Below, piece after piece: positions 9,165 to 17,525 of a DNA stretch of 46,005 nt (position 1 is the first letter of the stretch; the number at the start of each line of letters is the position of its first letter). The notes below the pieces were generated by a model, which was given only the letters and a program-made list of their open reading frames with translations, did not search any database and had not been told where the DNA came from. The translations under genes were made by a program, and so were the position numbers. Source of the DNA: a virus. Lineage: Duplodnaviria; Caudoviricetes. The stretch spans positions 1 to 46,005 of IMG/VR virus record IMGVR_UViG_3300042821_000034; one strand, 5' to 3'.

Positions 9165-9809
9165 TTAACTACTGCTCGTTGTTATCGGACCAGAGCCGCG
9201 GCCGGAGTTGGAATTGAGCTGCCGGCCGAGTTCGTATTGACCGTACACCGGCGCCGCCGCGCTGCCGAGGCCGATCGCGATGGGTTTGAACATGTCGCCG
9301 AGCGCGCCGGTGTTGGGCTGCGTCAGCTGCGCGTTCGCCACCGACGAGGCCGCGGTGTTGGCGGCGACGGTGGGGTCTTCGGTGGCGTAGAGCTGGTTGT
9401 AGGCTTGCTGTTGCTGGCTTGCGATCGACTTGCGCAATTCAGCCGTGTCGGTATCCGCCTTCGCGCGCACGCCCGCTTCGTTGACGGCGTTCTGGTTCTC
9501 CAGCAGATTCTGCGCGTAGCCGGCCGCGCTCGATCGCAGCGTACCGGCGCGCGCCAGGTCGTAGGTCATGCTGTTCTTGGCGGTGTCGTACTGCGTCTCC
9601 AGCTGCGGCAGCGTGTAGTCGAGTTCGGCTTTCCGGTACTTCTCGTAGAACGGGTCGCCGAAATTATCGTCGCCAAACAGCGAATCGATCGCAGCCTTGC
9701 CCTGGTCGAGACGAGCCAGGCGCTTGTTCTCTTTCTGCTTGGCTTCGGCAGCCTGCTGCATTTCGAACTGGACCATTTGATTATTTGAAGGTCCGCTTTT
9801 ACCGCCCAT
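9165..9809 (-). CDS. P22 gp7-like ejection/pilot protein with an MGGK N-terminus
   Basis: MGGKSG start; Gln/Ala-rich helix; 'LARAGTLRSSAAG' resembles the gp7-type A.GGL.S motif; hydrophobic Gly-rich C-terminal patch. Confidence 0.6.
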   Translation of the reverse strand: MGGKSGPSNNQMVQFEMQQAAEAKQKENKRLARLDQGKAAIDSLFGDDNFGDPFYEKYRKAELDYTLPQLETQYDTAKNSMTYDLARAGTLRSSAAGYAQNLLENQNAVNEAGVRAKADTDTAELRKSIASQQQQAYNQLYATEDPTVAANTAASSVANAQLTQPNTGALGDMFKPIAIGLGSAAAPVYGQYELGRQLNSNSGRGSGPITTSSS

Positions 9810-9818
9810 GGCGAGGCC

Positions 9819-10172
9819 TCATATCTGGATACTGGTTAGCGTCGGATCGCGATGCTTGATCGGTGACGGTGTCTTGCCGAGCGCTGCCCAGTACTCCGGC
9901 GGCTTGACGATCGACTTGGCGAGCACGGTTCCGGTGTCTTCGTCTTCGGTCGTCGCCGTGTTGGACACGCCTTCGGCCAGCACCGCCGGCGGCGGTGGTT
10001 TTGCCGTAGCTTCGGCTGCCTTCTTCTTGACGTTCACGGTCTGCTGATACTGTGACAGATCCAGCGGCGTCTCCTTGGCAAGCGTCTTCTTCGCTTCCTC
10101 GGGCGTTGCGTAGCCTGATGTATCCGGCGGTTGTTCGTAATAGTTGCCGCCGCCGCCACCCTTACCGCCCAT
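9819..10172 (-). CDS. MGGK-array protein 4 (divergent paralog)
   Basis: MGGKGGGGG start; C-terminal 'TGTVLAKSIVKPPEYW...LTSIQI' is related to the other array members. Confidence 0.8.
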   Translation of the reverse strand: MGGKGGGGGNYYEQPPDTSGYATPEEAKKTLAKETPLDLSQYQQTVNVKKKAAEATAKPPPPAVLAEGVSNTATTEDEDTGTVLAKSIVKPPEYWAALGKTPSPIKHRDPTLTSIQI

Positions 10173-10181
10173 GGCCGATCC

Positions 10182-10646
10182 TCACGTTTGCGTCGTTGTC
10201 AGGCTGCCCTTGCTGCCTGGCCGCTTATAGGTGTTGCCGACCCAGTACTTCGGCGGCGACAGAACCGCGCCGCCGAGCAGGTCGCCGGTGTTGTCCGCTG
10301 CCTTGGGCTGGTCGACGGCGCCGCCGGCAGTGATCGGATCGCCGATCGGCTTCGCCGTGTCGTCCTTCTTCTCTTCAACAACCGGCGTCTCGACCTTTGG
10401 CTCTTCGACCACGGGAGCTGCTTCAACCACCGGCTCGGCCACCGGCGCCGGCTCCGGCGGGAACAGGTTCAGATAAAACGCACGATCGACACCGCCCTCG
10501 CCGTACAGCGACTTGAAGCTATCCGGGTCGTCCTTCTCCATTTGCTGGACCTGCTTCTTCATCTGGCCGCGCATGCCCTCGTCCTGGAGCGCCGTCTCCC
10601 GGGTCCACATCGTACCGCCGCCACCGCCACCGCCTTTGCCGCCCAT
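10182..10646 (-). CDS. MGGK-array protein 3
   Basis: MGGKG7 start, PVVEE repeats, 'KPIGDPITAGGAVDQP...TGDLLGGAVLSPPKYWVGNTYKRP...GSLTTTQT'. Confidence 0.85.
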   Translation of the reverse strand: MGGKGGGGGGGTMWTRETALQDEGMRGQMKKQVQQMEKDDPDSFKSLYGEGGVDRAFYLNLFPPEPAPVAEPVVEAAPVVEEPKVETPVVEEKKDDTAKPIGDPITAGGAVDQPKAADNTGDLLGGAVLSPPKYWVGNTYKRPGSKGSLTTTQT

Positions 10647-10655
10647 GGCCGATCC

Positions 10656-11066
10656 TCACGTCTGCGTTGTCGTCAGGCTACCGGAAGCCCCGCCCGGCCG
10701 CTTGTACTTGTTGTCGGTCCAGTATTTCGGCGGATTCAGCACCGAGCCGCCGAGCAGATCGCCAGTGTTTGTCTTGGGCTGATCGACGGCGCCGCCAGTG
10801 GCGATCGGATCTCCGATCGGCTTGGCCTCTTCCACTACCGGCTCTTCCACTTTCTTTTCTTCTACGACAGGAGCTTCTTCCACCTTCTTGATCTCCGGCG
10901 TCACGATCGGCTCCGGCTTGTTGTACTTCTCGTCGTATTCGGCCTGGGTGACGTAGCCGGTGCCACCCGTGCCATGCCAGTCGGGATCGATCACAAACGC
11001 CGTGCCGTCGAGCGCCCTGGGCGTCCCATCACCGCCTCCACCGCCGCCGCCACCTTTGCCGCCCAT
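10656..11066 (-). CDS. MGGK-array protein 2
   Basis: MGGKG8 start, PVVEE repeats, same conserved C-terminal block. Confidence 0.85.
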   Translation of the reverse strand: MGGKGGGGGGGGDGTPRALDGTAFVIDPDWHGTGGTGYVTQAEYDEKYNKPEPIVTPEIKKVEEAPVVEEKKVEEPVVEEAKPIGDPIATGGAVDQPKTNTGDLLGGSVLNPPKYWTDNKYKRPGGASGSLTTTQT

Positions 11067-11075
11067 GTCAAATCC

Positions 11076-11519
11076 TCACGTCTGAGATATCTTGAGGCTG
11101 CCGCCGCCGGCGCTGGGCCGCTTGTAGTTGTTGCCGACCCAGTACTTCGGCGGCTTCAGCACCGCGCCGCCGAGCACGTCTCCGGTGGTGTCGGGTCCGC
11201 TCAGGCCGTCATTGTCGATCTTCTGGCCAGTGCCGGATGGCTGGTCGACGGCGCCGCCGGTGGGAATCGGATCTCCGATCGGTTTGACGTCCTCCACCAC
11301 AGGCTCTTCGACAACCTTCTTCTCTTCGACCACCGGCTCCTCTACCTTCTTGACCTCCGGCACCACGATCGGGTCTTCGACCTTGGGGTACTTCTTGTCG
11401 TAGTCGGCTTTCAGGATGTAGCTGCCCTGGCCGGTGCCCATGTAGTCGGGGTCGAGCACGTAGCCCATCTGTTCCAAGCCTTCGACGCCGACGCCGCCGC
11501 TTCCGCCTTTGCCACCCAT
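11076..11519 (-). CDS. MGGK-array protein 1
   Basis: ATG at 11519 overlaps the GNAT stop (TGATG); MGGKGGSGG start; conserved C-terminal block. Confidence 0.85.
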   Translation of the reverse strand: MGGKGGSGGVGVEGLEQMGYVLDPDYMGTGQGSYILKADYDKKYPKVEDPIVVPEVKKVEEPVVEEKKVVEEPVVEDVKPIGDPIPTGGAVDQPSGTGQKIDNDGLSGPDTTGDVLGGAVLKPPKYWVGNNYKRPSAGGGSLKISQT

Positions 11520-12025
11520 CACAGCACCTTTCTAAAAATCATACCGACCGGCTCGGCCCCGAAGTGCCGCCCGACCATGTTCATCAACGAGTTCTGCGAA
11601 GGCATGCCGCTGCAAATCGGGAAGTTGATCACCTTGCAGCCGTCGCCGCGGGCAAGATCGATCACGGTGGCGACCAGGCGGCGGCCAAGATCGGTGCGGC
11701 GATATTCCGGCGTGGTGTAGGTCTCGTCCATCACCGCCATCGGATCGGTGAAGACGCCGAAGATGTGGTAGCTGCACACGCCGACCATCCGGCTGCCCTC
11801 CATGCCGAGCACGTAGATCGCGTACTGCGATCCGAGCGCGTGCTCCAGGTAACTGAGGGCTTTCGGCTTGTGGTAGGCCATATGCAGCGACCACTCCGAT
11901 TGATCGAAGAAATCGCCGAGGAAGTCGGCGATCATCGCAGCATCGTCCTTGGTCGCCAGCCGCACATCAATGTGTGGCGTGCGAACGGACCTCCGCTTTC
12001 TGGATATGGTCGTATGCATATTCAT
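11519..12025 (-). CDS. GNAT family N-acetyltransferase
   Basis: 'VRLATKDDAAMI' start of fold; motif A 'DETYTTPEYRRTDLGRRLVATVIDLARGDGC'. The start at MNMH (12025) is my estimate. Confidence 0.85.
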   Translation of the reverse strand: MNMHTTISRKRRSVRTPHIDVRLATKDDAAMIADFLGDFFDQSEWSLHMAYHKPKALSYLEHALGSQYAIYVLGMEGSRMVGVCSYHIFGVFTDPMAVMDETYTTPEYRRTDLGRRLVATVIDLARGDGCKVINFPICSGMPSQNSLMNMVGRHFGAEPVGMIFRKVL

Positions 12026-12482
12026 CGCGCAGCCACCTGTAAGAAATGAAGTCTTCTCCTGCGCTGCCGTAGCCACGCAGTAGCGCTTCCGGTTCCGCGC
12101 CGATCAACCGCATAAACCTGGCGACGTCATCCCGGCGGGCCAGCGCCGCCGCCTCGACCCGGTGGTACCCCGCCTCGCGTAGGAACGGTATCACAAACTC
12201 CCGGATCTGCCGCAGCATCGGCAGCAGGCTGGCACCCCAATCCTGGGTGCCGAAGGCAAAGCCGGCGCCGACGCCGGAGCGCCGCTGGGTCATGCCCCAG
12301 ACCGCCAACGGCCCGATGTCGGGGTCGACCGCGCAGAAGGCGAACACCTTGTGGCGCATGATGGTCTCTGGCAGGTACCCCAGGTTCACCTCGCAGGCAC
12401 CCAACTCCAGCGCATCGTCCACCCGCAGATTGTCGAGCACGGATGCGATCATGCCGTGGTCGGCGTTGATGATATGGATCAT
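11967..12482 (-). CDS. Phage GNAT-fold protein (T7 gp13 / P22 gp14 position)
   Basis: 'NLRVDDALEL...LAVWG...GYHRVEA...RFMRLIGAEPEALLRGYGSAGEDFISYRW'; ATGA overlap with the nozzle gene stop at 12479-12482. Confidence 0.7.
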   Translation of the reverse strand: MIHIINADHGMIASVLDNLRVDDALELGACEVNLGYLPETIMRHKVFAFCAVDPDIGPLAVWGMTQRRSGVGAGFAFGTQDWGASLLPMLRQIREFVIPFLREAGYHRVEAAALARRDDVARFMRLIGAEPEALLRGYGSAGEDFISYRWLRDEYAYDHIQKAEVRSHATH

Positions 12483-13921
12483 CCGCTCTCCCCGGTCTGG
12501 TAGTGGACCACCATGTTGGACAGCGTCTGCGGGCCGGCTTGCTGCGAGCGCAGTCGCAGGCTCATGTGGGTGGAGCGGCCGTTGATCTCGAATTTGCCTT
12601 GCGGGAAGGAGGCGCCGTCGAAGGCGCCGACCCAATCCTCGACGTCAGGGTCTTCGACATTGAAGGCGCAATAGACATCCCACGGCACCCCGTAGCAGGT
12701 GGCGTCAAGCGCGGTGAAGGTCTTGGTGGTAGCGACGTGCTCGCCGGCGTGGAACGGGAACACCAGCTCGACATAGCAATCGTCATAGACCGGGCCGGCC
12801 GGATCGATGCCGCCATAGGCGTAAACGACGTTGTTGTCGTCCCGCACCACAATACGGTTGTTGTGCACTGCCGCGGCCGTGATCACGAAACCGGCATCGT
12901 ACTCCGACCAGGCGGTGATCTTCGGCCCCGGGAAGGCAGAGAGGATGTAGATCCGCGACGTCAGCGGGCCGCCTTCATAAGAGGCCGCGCCGGACATGAT
13001 GATCCAGAACCGGCCTGTCACGGGCTGCAGGATGGCGATCGCGCCCGACATCCAGTCCTCGCCCATGTAGCGGAACAGGTCCTGCAACACCGGATCTAGC
13101 GGCGAGCCGATGTCGGACACGGCAGCTGCCAGCGATGAGTTGCGGGCGCGGAGCGAGCGGATGCCGGACTGCGACAGGTACATCACGTCGCCGGAGCCGT
13201 ATTGCAGCACGCTGCGCCAGGCGATCGCGCCGGCCTCCCGCATGGTCTGGGTGTACTGGTTCTTCAGCGGATCCGGGTCGATAGCCCACAGCTGGGTGGC
13301 GGTGCGTGAGAAGATCGCGAGCTTGTCGTAGTAGACTTCGAGCGCGATACAATCCGTCATGTCGGAATCGCCGAGCGACAGATCGATGTTGCCGGAGCCG
13401 GTGCCGGTCCAGTCGGCGGGGTTGCCGACCGCGGAGAAGTACAGCACCGTGTTCGACACAGTGTACATCTTGGTCTTGTAGGTGCGGCAGTAGTAGCCCT
13501 TGGCGGCCGGCAGATCGACGCCGGCATAGTAGCGGCCGACGGTGCCGACGTTGTCCTTCCACAGGACCACGAACACCTTGTTGTCGAACAGATCGTGGTC
13601 GATGATCTCATAGATCGACGTGGTCTGCTGTCCGAGCACACCGACGGTCCACGGGTCTTTCGGCGTCTGGCTCTCGCCAGGCGGCTCGGTGACGTAGGGG
13701 CCGTTGGGGCCGAAGGTGTAGAGCTTGCGGTTGACCTCGACCAAACCCTTGCTTTGCGCCGAGCACTCCCAGAACGGCACGAATGCCATCCGCTTCTCGA
13801 TCTCGCCGCCGGGCGTAATGTGGCAGTTGAGCATCGACCGCAGCGTTCCTGCAGGAGCTGTCAGTTCGCTCCTGCGGAGATCCAGGCCGGCTGCGAAATC
13901 GGTAATCGTAAAATACGGCAC
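12479..13921 (-). CDS. Tail nozzle / tail tubular protein B (P22 gp10 / T7 gp12 class)
   Basis: 480 aa, beta-rich; 'DFAAGLD...NCHITPGGEIEKR', 'LYFSAVGNPADW'; follows the adaptor gene. Confidence 0.75.
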   Translation of the reverse strand: MPYFTITDFAAGLDLRRSELTAPAGTLRSMLNCHITPGGEIEKRMAFVPFWECSAQSKGLVEVNRKLYTFGPNGPYVTEPPGESQTPKDPWTVGVLGQQTTSIYEIIDHDLFDNKVFVVLWKDNVGTVGRYYAGVDLPAAKGYYCRTYKTKMYTVSNTVLYFSAVGNPADWTGTGSGNIDLSLGDSDMTDCIALEVYYDKLAIFSRTATQLWAIDPDPLKNQYTQTMREAGAIAWRSVLQYGSGDVMYLSQSGIRSLRARNSSLAAAVSDIGSPLDPVLQDLFRYMGEDWMSGAIAILQPVTGRFWIIMSGAASYEGGPLTSRIYILSAFPGPKITAWSEYDAGFVITAAAVHNNRIVVRDDNNVVYAYGGIDPAGPVYDDCYVELVFPFHAGEHVATTKTFTALDATCYGVPWDVYCAFNVEDPDVEDWVGAFDGASFPQGKFEINGRSTHMSLRLRSQQAGPQTLSNMVVHYQTGESG

Positions 13922-13924
13922 ATG

Positions 13925-14695
13925 CTACCCCGGAATATAGTCAATGTACGGCACTGGGCGGCGGGTCTTGTCGGGGTCGATACCGCCGCGCTGGTTGCCG
14001 CCCATGTTGTAGTTCTGGCGCTTGTCCGCACCTTGATCGGCGAGCAGACGTCGCAGGTAGTTCTGCGCCTTGGTCAGCTTCATCGGCGCGGCTTCGCTCT
14101 TCTGGTTGGCCAGCATCTCGGCGGCCGCGAACAGCACGATGACCTTGGAATCCAGGATGCATTTATCGGTCGAGGCGGTCAGGGGCGACAGCGGCGCCTG
14201 GCCTTCGAACCGCAGCATCATTTTGCTGGTGTTGGGCCACGGTATCACCTGTAGCTGTCCGACCGGATTGGTGACCGGCGTACCGCTTGTAGTGGTCACC
14301 GTGGCGACATTGCGCCATCGCGTCGGGGTGCCGGCCTGCCCCGGTCCGAGGCCCATCATGTGCGCATCGATGCCATAAGCGAGCGGCCGCCATTCCGATG
14401 ATGAGGTGATCACGTTGGAGGCGTCACGAACCACCGAGGTAGTGTAGATCCGGGTGATCTGATCGAACGCCATCTCCGGCGGATAAGAGTAGATCGACTG
14501 ACCGGAGACGAGCGGCATGTCGACCCAGATCTTGAGATGCTGCCAGGTGTAGGCGTCCCAGAGTTCACGCTGCTGGCGCGCCAGGATGATATCGATCGTC
14601 TCCTGCGCTTGAGTGCCTTGCGCAGGATTAAGCGACGTGCCGGTCTCGGCACGCACCTCCCTGCGCAGTTCCAGCAATGTGACCCCGAGCGGCAT
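13925..14695 (-). CDS. Head-tail adaptor (tail tubular protein A class)
   Basis: 'TLLELRREVRAE...ILARQQRELWDAYTW' N-terminal pattern; position after the capsid genes. Confidence 0.7.
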   Translation of the reverse strand: MPLGVTLLELRREVRAETGTSLNPAQGTQAQETIDIILARQQRELWDAYTWQHLKIWVDMPLVSGQSIYSYPPEMAFDQITRIYTTSVVRDASNVITSSSEWRPLAYGIDAHMMGLGPGQAGTPTRWRNVATVTTTSGTPVTNPVGQLQVIPWPNTSKMMLRFEGQAPLSPLTASTDKCILDSKVIVLFAAAEMLANQKSEAAPMKLTKAQNYLRRLLADQGADKRQNYNMGGNQRGGIDPDKTRRPVPYIDYIPG

Positions 14696-15270
14696 CAGGC
14701 CCCCTTGCGCGGCTCAGGTCGGCGCGCGCGGCCGGGCTTGAAGATCGGCTCCAGCGACATCGCCGCCGCTGACGGCGCATCGTCATCCTCGCCGTCATCA
14801 TGGTCCTCGCCGGGGATCGTTGGCTCCGGCGGCTTCGCCGGCGGCGGCGCGGGGGCCGGCTTCGGCTTCGGCTCCGGTGCCGGGCTGCCGGCTGCGGCCT
14901 GGGCGATGTCGACCGTGCGCGACGGCCAATCGCGGCGGGTGATTTCCGGCGCCGCCAGCACGCCGTCTTCGTAGAACGGCAGGTTCTCGTCGTCGGTCAT
15001 CATGTATTCCATGCGGAACGCACGCCCGGGGAAGCACGCCTCGACCACCCGGTGGCCATACAGCAAAACCAGACGGTTCTTCTCGTTGGTCGGCCAGACT
15101 TCACCGATGCCGACCGGCATGATGTCCATGACGTTCTCATCGCCGTGCAGCATCTGCAACACCTGGATTTCCGGCCATGTGAGCGGATTGTGTTCGGTGT
15201 AGATGACGGTGTGGCAGTTCTGCCCCGCCAGGTTGATCTTGCAGACGCAGTACTGGACCTTTTTGGTCAT
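14695..15270 (-). CDS. Hypothetical virion-associated protein
   Basis: 191 aa, AGGA SD, Pro/acidic tail; lies between the MCP and adaptor genes. Confidence 0.7.
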   Translation of the reverse strand: MTKKVQYCVCKINLAGQNCHTVIYTEHNPLTWPEIQVLQMLHGDENVMDIMPVGIGEVWPTNEKNRLVLLYGHRVVEACFPGRAFRMEYMMTDDENLPFYEDGVLAAPEITRRDWPSRTVDIAQAAAGSPAPEPKPKPAPAPPPAKPPEPTIPGEDHDDGEDDDAPSAAAMSLEPIFKPGRARRPEPRKGA

Positions 15271-15290
15271 GGCTGTTCCTTCGGTGGTTG

Positions 15291-15346
15291 AAAAAGAACC
15301 GGGGTGGAAAGTGTTCGGCGCGACCCAACCACCCTCACCCCGGTCT
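15291..15346 (-). terminator. Intrinsic terminator after the major capsid gene
   Basis: ACCGGGGTG...CACCCCGGT stem followed by TCTTTTT on the minus strand. Confidence 0.7.
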
Positions 15347-15352
15347 CCCCGA

Positions 15353-16471
15353 TCAGGCTACGTCCATGACCACAGCACCATTGAGGCGCCGTGCACAAAG
15401 CTGCCCGGTCGAAGTGATGGCGCGGTACAGGACATATTTGTCCGGTGCGCGCTCGGGTGAGTGCTGGTGCCGCCACTCGTCCTGCATAGCGACCAGGAAG
15501 ATGTCGCGGTTATCCCACCAGTAGCAACGCTTGGATTTGCCAAGCGCGTCGAGCGTCGGATCGTACTCGAAGTCGGTGCCCATGTAGGAGATCTTGCCGA
15601 CGGAGATATCCTTGCCGCCGGAGAAGCCCTGCATCGAGTAGTTGCCGTTCGCACGCAGCTCGGTCTCCAGGGCCGCGAGCCAATCACTGCCACAGAAAGC
15701 AGTATTGGGCTTGGCGCCGTAGCGGGTGAGCTGACGGTATTCGGATTGCAGCTTGGTGATCAGCGCGCCGCCGTTGGTGGTGGCCGAGGTGATCGGACCG
15801 CCGCCCCAGGCTCCCAGCGCCGGCGTGGTGCCGACGGCGGTACCCATGGCTGCGGTGTAGGCACGGTTGCGCCACCACGGACGGGTCGCCCGATCGATGC
15901 CGGCGACGATGCCGGTGCCGGGGGTGTCGGTGATGAGGGCAGCCATGCCGGCGAGCGCCTTCGGATCGGCGGTGCCGTTGGTCCACAGCAAATTGTTCAT
16001 GCCGCGGGCGTACTGCTCGGAAACGTCTTGCAGCGCGTCCTGCAGCAGGCCGACCAGCACGGTGTCGTCACGGCCGGAGTGCTCCGTGGTGTCGTCCATG
16101 TCGCCGGAGTCTTTGACAGTGATGCCATCGGACTTCAGCTCGGAGTGGGTGAGCATGATGCCGATGTGCATTTCCTTCCAGGGGAATACCGCCTGGGTCA
16201 GGTTCGCGGGCGTGTAGTATGTCACCGCGTCATCGAGCTGGTAGCCGACCAGCTGGTCGTTGGTGCCGGGAGCTGCGGTATTACCGAAGTCACCCTTGAC
16301 CGAAACGATGATGTTGCCCTTGCCGCCGGGGAACGTCTTCTTCTTGGATTCCAGCGCGGCGAGTAGCGGCTTCTCCTGGATCGCCTCCTGGAAGGCAGTC
16401 CCCTTGTTCATCCACCAATCCATGGCGGCGGTGGCAATATGATTAAGCAGTGGCGCGGTATAGGTAGGCAT
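15353..16471 (-). CDS. Major capsid protein
   Basis: 372 aa after the scaffold; 'KPLLAALESKKKTFPGG', 'LWTNGTADPKALAGMAALI...GIDRATRPWWRN', C-terminal 'GQLCARRLNGAVV'; followed by a terminator. Confidence 0.85.
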   Translation of the reverse strand: MPTYTAPLLNHIATAAMDWWMNKGTAFQEAIQEKPLLAALESKKKTFPGGKGNIIVSVKGDFGNTAAPGTNDQLVGYQLDDAVTYYTPANLTQAVFPWKEMHIGIMLTHSELKSDGITVKDSGDMDDTTEHSGRDDTVLVGLLQDALQDVSEQYARGMNNLLWTNGTADPKALAGMAALITDTPGTGIVAGIDRATRPWWRNRAYTAAMGTAVGTTPALGAWGGGPITSATTNGGALITKLQSEYRQLTRYGAKPNTAFCGSDWLAALETELRANGNYSMQGFSGGKDISVGKISYMGTDFEYDPTLDALGKSKRCYWWDNRDIFLVAMQDEWRHQHSPERAPDKYVLYRAITSTGQLCARRLNGAVVMDVA

Positions 16472-16488
16472 GGTCGCCCCTCACAGTG

Positions 16489-17460
16489 TCAGAGGCGTGC
16501 TCCTTCGCGAGCGAATCGGACTGCTTCCAGCAGGGTCTTCGGCTCAGGCGACACGCCAGCGGCTCTTCCCGTGCTGCTCGGCGTTCGTTGCGTGGCGCGA
16601 CGTTGCGGCGCCCAGGCTTTGTACTGCTCGTTGACACGGCGGTACGCTTCCTTGGCGATCAACACTCCATGCTCAGGAGACCGTGGCGGTCCCTGCTCAT
16701 GTAACACGGCATGCATCGTAGCCTGAACAGCGGCTTTTTTCGCTGCGTAGTCGGGATCGGATCGCGCAACGTGCGCTTCCCATGCGTTGACGGTGTTCGC
16801 CACCTGGTTTGCCAAAACCTCTTGCGTCGAATGCTGGTACGCCGCCTGATGGCGCACCGCGTTGGTTTGAGCCATCGCGCGGTCCATGCGCTCTTTCGAG
16901 TACATAGCCGCAGCTTGCGACGTCATATGCCCTTGAGCCACCTGCTGTTGCAAGTCAGGCGGCAGCGATACGCCGAGGTACTCTTCGCAGAGCTTCACGT
17001 AGGGCATCACCCCCTCGTAAAACTTGCGGAAGTTACCTTGCCGCATCGCGGCCATCAGCTCCAAACCCATCAGGAAATCATCCTGGCCGATATCGTGTCG
17101 GCGCAGATAATCCGTGACCTGTTCGGCGGCTTTGGCGCTCGGCTCCAGTGTCTTCAATCGCTGGACTTCAGCCGCCAGTTTCTGGCGCTGTTTGTTCAGC
17201 TTCGACACCCGGCGCTTGGCGCCTTGAGAGAGTCTGGCTAATTCTTCAGGAGTGGCTTCTTCCGGCAAATCGGGTTCGTCCCGATCCCGTGCAGCTCGGG
17301 TTGGCGAAACCCCTTGGCTCCCATCGTCGTCTGTTTGCAGCTCTGGGACTGCACGATTGACGGCGTCTAGGAGACTTTCGCCTTCGCTTGACGAATGCGG
17401 TGTTACGTCTGCACCTGGCGAGGATGCGATGTCCGACGGTGTTACCTCGGTTCCAGCCAT
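16489..17460 (-). CDS. Capsid scaffolding protein
   Basis: Acidic disordered N-terminus, coiled coil, C-terminal 'PKTLLEAVRFA'; GGAG SD supports a start at 17460; lies between portal and MCP. Confidence 0.7.
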   Translation of the reverse strand: MAGTEVTPSDIASSPGADVTPHSSSEGESLLDAVNRAVPELQTDDDGSQGVSPTRAARDRDEPDLPEEATPEELARLSQGAKRRVSKLNKQRQKLAAEVQRLKTLEPSAKAAEQVTDYLRRHDIGQDDFLMGLELMAAMRQGNFRKFYEGVMPYVKLCEEYLGVSLPPDLQQQVAQGHMTSQAAAMYSKERMDRAMAQTNAVRHQAAYQHSTQEVLANQVANTVNAWEAHVARSDPDYAAKKAAVQATMHAVLHEQGPPRSPEHGVLIAKEAYRRVNEQYKAWAPQRRATQRTPSSTGRAAGVSPEPKTLLEAVRFAREGARL

Positions 17461-17525
17461 ATCTTGGGTTCTCCAGGTGCCGATAGGCACCATTAGTTGA
17501 TCCATATTCTAAATCGGTCGCGCTG

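Noticed and set aside
9819-11519. MGGK genes as RiPP precursors
   Set aside because: No RiPP maturases or transporter; the context is the virion ejection module. Kept only as a minor alternative.
10131-11720. 529-aa repetitive plus-strand ORF
   Set aside because: Antisense shadow of the MGGK array; its repeats only mirror the real genes, which have SDs and coupling.
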